A stretch of 38,328 bases of DNA from Myxococcota bacterium (lineage in GTDB: Bacteria > Myxococcota_A > UBA796 > SXON01). Location of the stretch: contig JAZKFH010000075.1 of the NCBI GenBank assembly GCA_040386535.1, forward strand, positions 1 to 38,328, read 5' to 3'. Every line of letters begins with the position of its first letter. Positions within the stretch are counted from its first letter, which is position 1. Position numbers and translations under genes: made by a program. This document shows, in pieces, positions 34,022 to 38,328 of this stretch. A model generated the notes under the pieces. It ran no database searches. It was given only the letters and a program-made list of their open reading frames with translations, and was not told the origin of the DNA.

Positions 34022-35110
34022 CTACCCAGGCCGGTAGACGATCCCGACGCCCGCGCGCACCTCGATCGGGGAGAGCGCGGTCGCCCCCGCCTCCGAGTTG
34101 AGCTCGACCGGTCGAAGGTCGCTCTGGACGCGCACCGCGGGCTCGAGGCGGATCGGCAGGCGGCCGAGCGGGATCTGCACGCCCACCTCGGCGCCGAGGA
34201 TGGGGAGCAGGCCGGTCGCGACGGGTTCGCCGGCGGCGTGGAACCCGCGCGATGCGCCGCCGAGGTAGAGCCCGACTACCGGCGCCACGTTCTTGGGCGG
34301 GGCCCACGCGGCCTCGACCACCACGTCGATGTCGGTCATCGTGCGGTCTGCGCCGACGTTGGCGAGGGTGGCGGCGGTGCGCCCCGCGAGGCCCACGCCC
34401 ACGCGCACGCCGGGGGTCACGTACCAGCCCGCGTCGACCCGCAGGTCCCCCACGACGCCCGCCGCGGACCGGATGCCGACCCCGCCGCCCGCGCCGACCC
34501 AGAAGCCCGTCCGGCCCGCGCTCGGCCGCTCCGCCACCGCCTGCGTCTTCGGCTCGGTCACCGCGACGGCGCCGGTGCCCGTTCCGGTGGTCGTCGTCGT
34601 CGGTGGCTTGGACGGGGTCGTGGTCGCGGGGGGCGCCTTCGTCACCGTCTCGACCGGCGGCTTCGTCACCGTCGCGACCGGCGGCTCGACCCGCACCGGC
34701 GCGATCGGCTCGACCGCGACCGGCGCGGGCCCGAGCGTGGTCGACATGTAGAAGAGCAGGTCCTCCCGCTCCTCCGCCGTCGTGCACGGCGCCACGTTCA
34801 CGGTCTCCACCTTTCCGGCGTACGACCGCACCGTCATCTCCCAGTAGTCCTTGCGGTCGATGACGGACACGCCGGGCCCCGCCGTGGGGAGGCCGTACGA
34901 CGTGGACACTACGAACCCGCGCGCGGCGAGCGCCTCGGCCCAGTCCGCCGGCTTCTGGCCAGCGGGCAGCGCCACGGGGATGGACGCGGCCTCGGGGGCG
35001 GCGTGCGCGGGAGGGATCGGAGACGGGAGGCCCACGAGCGGGGCCATCACCGCGAGGAGGGCCGCGAGCCCGAGGCGTCGGGACACAGACGTACGGGCGG
35101 GGTGCGACAT
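34022..35110 (-). CDS. Secreted protein with Pro/Thr linker and putative C-terminal outer-membrane beta-barrel
   Basis: Signal with SRRLGL and an AHA cleavage site; TKPP-rich linker; Gly/aromatic amphipathic strands ending AGVGIVYRPG. Confidence 0.7.
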   Translation of the reverse strand: MSHPARTSVSRRLGLAALLAVMAPLVGLPSPIPPAHAAPEAASIPVALPAGQKPADWAEALAARGFVVSTSYGLPTAGPGVSVIDRKDYWEMTVRSYAGKVETVNVAPCTTAEEREDLLFYMSTTLGPAPVAVEPIAPVRVEPPVATVTKPPVETVTKAPPATTTPSKPPTTTTTGTGTGAVAVTEPKTQAVAERPSAGRTGFWVGAGGGVGIRSAAGVVGDLRVDAGWYVTPGVRVGVGLAGRTAATLANVGADRTMTDIDVVVEAAWAPPKNVAPVVGLYLGGASRGFHAAGEPVATGLLPILGAEVGVQIPLGRLPIRLEPAVRVQSDLRPVELNSEAGATALSPIEVRAGVGIVYRPG

Positions 35111-35186
35111 GTCCTTCGACAGTACCACCCCGCGCGCGCGGACGTGTTTACGGCGGCCTTGCCACCTGGCCCCGGCGGCGGCGCGA

Positions 35187-37172
35187 CTACCCGGTCGTGT
35201 AGTACCGGAGCGCGTATTCCTCGACCATGCGGTCCGTGTGGAACGCGCGGTAGCAGGTCTCGAGGCTGCGCCGCATCCGCTTCACCCATGCGCGGGGCAC
35301 GCCCGAGGCGTCCTGGTCGTAGAACTCGGCCGTCACCTGCTGCTCGAGCAGCCCGTACAGGCTCTCGGCATCGGCGCTGTCCTGCTCTTCCTGGATTGCG
35401 TACTCGCGATCGTCGCCGATGGCCCAGCCGTTCGTGCCGTCGTACGCCTCGGGCCACCACCCGTCCAGCACGGACAGGTTGATCCCGAGGTTCAACGGCA
35501 CCTTCATGCCGCTCGTGCCGCTCGCCTCGCGGGGACGGCGCGGGTTGTTGAGCCACACGTCCACGCCCTGCACCAGGCGCCGGCCGAGCGCCATGTCGTA
35601 GTCGGGGAGGAACACGACGCGCCCGCGGAACCGCTCGTCGCGAGTCCACCGGATCACATCGCGGATGAGGCCCTGGCCCGCGGCATCACGGGGGTGCGCC
35701 TTGCCGGCGAAGAGGATCTGCACCGGGCGGTCCCCACACACCAGCCGCGCGAGGCGGTCGGGGTCGGAGAACAGGAGGTTGCCGCGCTTGTAGGGCGCGA
35801 AGCGGCGGGCGAACCCGATGGTGAGCCGATCCGCGCTGAGCCAGTCGCGGCCGGCCTCGGCGCGGGCGTAGCGCACGATCTCCTCGCGCAGCACGCCGCG
35901 GAGCGCCCACAGCTCCTCGTCCGCCGCCTTGGCGAGCGAGAGCGGCGCGCCCTCCCGCCAGCCCGGCGAGCGCTGATCGAGCAGGTCCTGCACGCGGGGA
36001 TGCATCCACGAGGGCGCGTGCACCCCGTTGGTGACGTGCCCGATGGGGACCTCGGCCACGGGCGTCTTCGGGTAGAGCTCCTTCCACATGTCGCGGCTCA
36101 CGACGCCGTGCAGCGCGCTCACGCCGTTGGCGGCGCGGGATCCGCGCAGGGCGAGCACGGTCATGCACAAGGTCTCGTTCATGTCGCCCGCGCGCACGCG
36201 CCCGAGATCCATGAACGAGCCCGCGGGCAGGCCCATCTGCTCGCGCATGCCGCGGAGCGTGTCCTGCATCAGCTCCCAGCGGAAGCGATCGTGACCGGCG
36301 GCCACCGGCGTGTGCGTGGTGAACACCGCGCTCGCCTTGGCCTTCGCGAAGGCCTCCTCGTGCGAGGCCGACCTCGCCATCTCTTCACGCCAGCGCTCCA
36401 GCACGAGGAAGGCGCAGTGGCCCTCGTTCATGTGGAACACGCTCGGCTGGATCCCGAGGGCCCGCAGGGCACGCACGCCGCCGATGCCGAGGAGCACCTC
36501 CTGCGCGATACGCGTGCTCTCGTCCCCCCCGTAGAGCTGCTGGGAGAGCTCGCGGTGTTCGGCGGGGTTGCCGTCGATGTCGGAGTCGAGGAGCAGCAGG
36601 CGCGCCCGCCCGACCCGGAGCTCCCACACCGTCGCCTTGTACGTGTGATGGCCGTGGGGAACCTCGACCACGATGTCGAGCTTCTTGAGCGGCGTCTGGT
36701 CGAGCGGCACCGGCGGATAGGCCACCACCTGGCGCCCGTGCGCGATGACCTGCTTGAAGTAGCCCTCGCGGTACAACAGCCCGACCGCCACGAAGGGCAC
36801 GCCGAGGTCGGACGCCGACTTCATGTGGTCGCCCGCGAGCACGCCGAGGCCGCCCGAGTAGATGGGCAGCGACTCGTGGAGGGCGAACTCCATGGAGAAG
36901 TAGGCGACCGGCGCCACGAGGCCGGGCACGTTCCGTGTCGCCCACGTGTCCTTGGACGACAGATACGCATCCCGACGCGCTTCCACCGACGCGAGCATCG
37001 CCTCGGCGGGGGCGAGGGCGGCGTCCGGTAGCTCCTCGAGCAGGGCCAGGGGGCTGTGATGCACCTCCTCCCATCGCTCGGGGTGGAGGCCCGCGAACAG
37101 CGCCGTCGCCTCCGGATCCCAGCACCACCAGAGGTTTCCCGCGAGCTCGCGAAGCCGGTCCCGAATGGTCAT
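35187..37172 (-). CDS. glgP: Alpha-glucan (glycogen/maltodextrin) phosphorylase
   Basis: LAGNLWWCW, AYFSMEF, YSGGLGVLAGDHMKSASDL, FHMNEGH, FTTHTPV, ARRFAPYKR, AGKAHP, PLP motif EASGTSGMK; ATG 37172 with GGAGG RBS. Confidence 0.97.
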   Translation of the reverse strand: MTIRDRLRELAGNLWWCWDPEATALFAGLHPERWEEVHHSPLALLEELPDAALAPAEAMLASVEARRDAYLSSKDTWATRNVPGLVAPVAYFSMEFALHESLPIYSGGLGVLAGDHMKSASDLGVPFVAVGLLYREGYFKQVIAHGRQVVAYPPVPLDQTPLKKLDIVVEVPHGHHTYKATVWELRVGRARLLLLDSDIDGNPAEHRELSQQLYGGDESTRIAQEVLLGIGGVRALRALGIQPSVFHMNEGHCAFLVLERWREEMARSASHEEAFAKAKASAVFTTHTPVAAGHDRFRWELMQDTLRGMREQMGLPAGSFMDLGRVRAGDMNETLCMTVLALRGSRAANGVSALHGVVSRDMWKELYPKTPVAEVPIGHVTNGVHAPSWMHPRVQDLLDQRSPGWREGAPLSLAKAADEELWALRGVLREEIVRYARAEAGRDWLSADRLTIGFARRFAPYKRGNLLFSDPDRLARLVCGDRPVQILFAGKAHPRDAAGQGLIRDVIRWTRDERFRGRVVFLPDYDMALGRRLVQGVDVWLNNPRRPREASGTSGMKVPLNLGINLSVLDGWWPEAYDGTNGWAIGDDREYAIQEEQDSADAESLYGLLEQQVTAEFYDQDASGVPRAWVKRMRRSLETCYRAFHTDRMVEEYALRYYTTG

Positions 37173-37250
37173 TCCACCTCCCGTCGAACGTTGAAGGCCC
37201 CCCAGGTATCTCGGTCGACCCAGGGCGCACGCCCCGCTAAGGGGCGCACC

Positions 37251-37571
37251 ATGCAGCGCGTCGTCAAACCCCCGTACACAATTCGGCAGGTCCTCGTCTG
37301 TACGAACCTGCGCGATCCCTCGTCCGGCAAGCCCTCTTGCGGCATGAACGGCGGCGCCACCTTTCGCGAGCACCTGAAGAAGGCCGTGAAGGAACGGGGC
37401 CTCAAAGGGCAGGTCATGGTGACCGGCACCAGCTGCATGGACTTCTGCCCGGCCCAGGGCTGCGTCGTCGCGTTCTACCCGGACAACGAATGGCGCATCG
37501 TGGACGCCACGCCCGAGCAGGAAGAGGCCGTGCTGGCGCGGGCCCTCGCGGGGCCGGAGGGCAAGGAGTAG
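37251..37571 (+). CDS. Thioredoxin-like [2Fe-2S] ferredoxin
   Basis: VLVCTN..R....KPSC ... TSCMDFC..G.VVAFYPD; four Cys ligands. Confidence 0.9.
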   Translation: MQRVVKPPYTIRQVLVCTNLRDPSSGKPSCGMNGGATFREHLKKAVKERGLKGQVMVTGTSCMDFCPAQGCVVAFYPDNEWRIVDATPEQEEAVLARALAGPEGKE

Positions 37572-37701
37572 GGGGGCTCGAGCAGCGCTGACCGCGGTTC
37601 CCGGCGCCCGGGCATCAGCTGGTTCGAGCAGCCCTCACGCGGCGCCGACCGCGGCCGGTGGGCTCGCGCTTGCCGGGTGAACGCCTCGGGCCCGCGAGCC
37701 C

Positions 37702-38328
37702 GGGGAAGCAGGAAGAGGAGAAGCAAGAAGGCAGGAAGAGAGGCAGGAAGGCAGGAAGTAGGACCAGATATCGCTGCCGTCCGTGCTCCCGGTTCCCCTC
37801 CCTGTTTCCTGCTTTCGTGCTTGCCCTTCTGCCTTCCCTGCTTTGCTCCCTCGAGCGCGAAGCAGAAGAGAATCAGGAAGGCAGGAAGAGAGGAGGGCAG
37901 GAAGTAGGAGCCGAAACCATGAGGGGTGGCGGGTGGCCACGTGGCTCAGGCTTCGACCGTGCCTGGCGTTCGGGCTGCTCCTCCGGCTTCCTGCCTTCCT
38001 TGTTTCCAGCTTTCTTGCTTGCCTTTCTGCCTTCCCGGTTCCCGCCTCGCTTCCGGCTTCAGACCGCGGGGCATCAGGAAAGCAGGAAGAGGCAGGAAGG
38101 CAGGAAGAGAGCCAGGCAGGAAGGCAGGAAGTAGGAGCCGAGATGGCTGGCTTCCGTGCTTCCGGTTCTACTCGCCGGTCCTCCTCCTCCTCCTCCTCCT
38201 CCTCGTCCTCCTCCGGCTTCCTGCCTTCCTTGTTTCCTGCTTTCCTGCTTGCCTTTCTGCCTTCCCGGTTCCTGCCTCGCTTCCGGCTTCAGACCGCGGG
38301 GCATCAGGAAAGCAGGAAGAGGCAGGAA
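37702..38328. repeat. Array of alternating purine-rich and pyrimidine-rich arms, truncated by the window end
   Basis: AGGAAGGC-type arms end in GCAGGAAGTAGGA at 37751, 37897 and 38124; complementary CTTCCTGC arms lie between; 37978-38098 and 38208-38328 differ at 3 of 121 nt. Confidence 0.9.

Noticed and set aside
37635..38304. ORFs within the terminal repeat array
   Set aside because: Translations simply mirror the purine/pyrimidine repeats (QEGRK, FLPSC) with atypical codon usage.

Overview
Very GC-rich chromosomal segment. A Myxococcota/deltaproteobacterial origin is inferred from a TonB_C-fused TonB-dependent receptor, an Asp-Thr/Asp-Ser-repeat lipoprotein, an ftp-like type III PKS cluster and a SWIM-SNF2 helicase. 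About 33 CDS are supportable; no rRNA, tRNA, CRISPR, integrase or transposase was seen. In order: (1) a 1.44 kb non-coding region with 51-bp palindromic tandem repeats, a 41-bp direct repeat 980 bp apart and a possible structured RNA; (2) an AftB-like GT-C membrane protein, acylphosphatase, lipoproteins, a DUF3309-like peptide and a SWIM-SNF2 helicase; (3) an Hpt, 5xPAS hybrid kinase and single-domain receiver phosphorelay; (4) an MDR oxidoreductase, a beta-propeller/di-heme cytochrome c lipoprotein and a small protein with a sigma54-type promoter; (5) a type III PKS, ICMT-type methyltransferase, ACP, FAAL and FAD oxidoreductase cluster split by an AlkB-like dioxygenase and a TetR with a clear operator; (6) a six-gene envelope operon (membrane protein, degenerate sulfatase, YceI, crotonase, two Cys-rich lipoproteins); (7) a TonB-dependent receptor, FG-GAP lipoprotein, putative barrel protein, glgP and a 2Fe-2S ferredoxin; (8) a purine/pyrimidine-armed repeat array running off the right end. 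Across the window, short tandem duplications recur at stop and start codons and several signal peptides are ultra-short. All product calls come from motif recognition by eye, not database searches.
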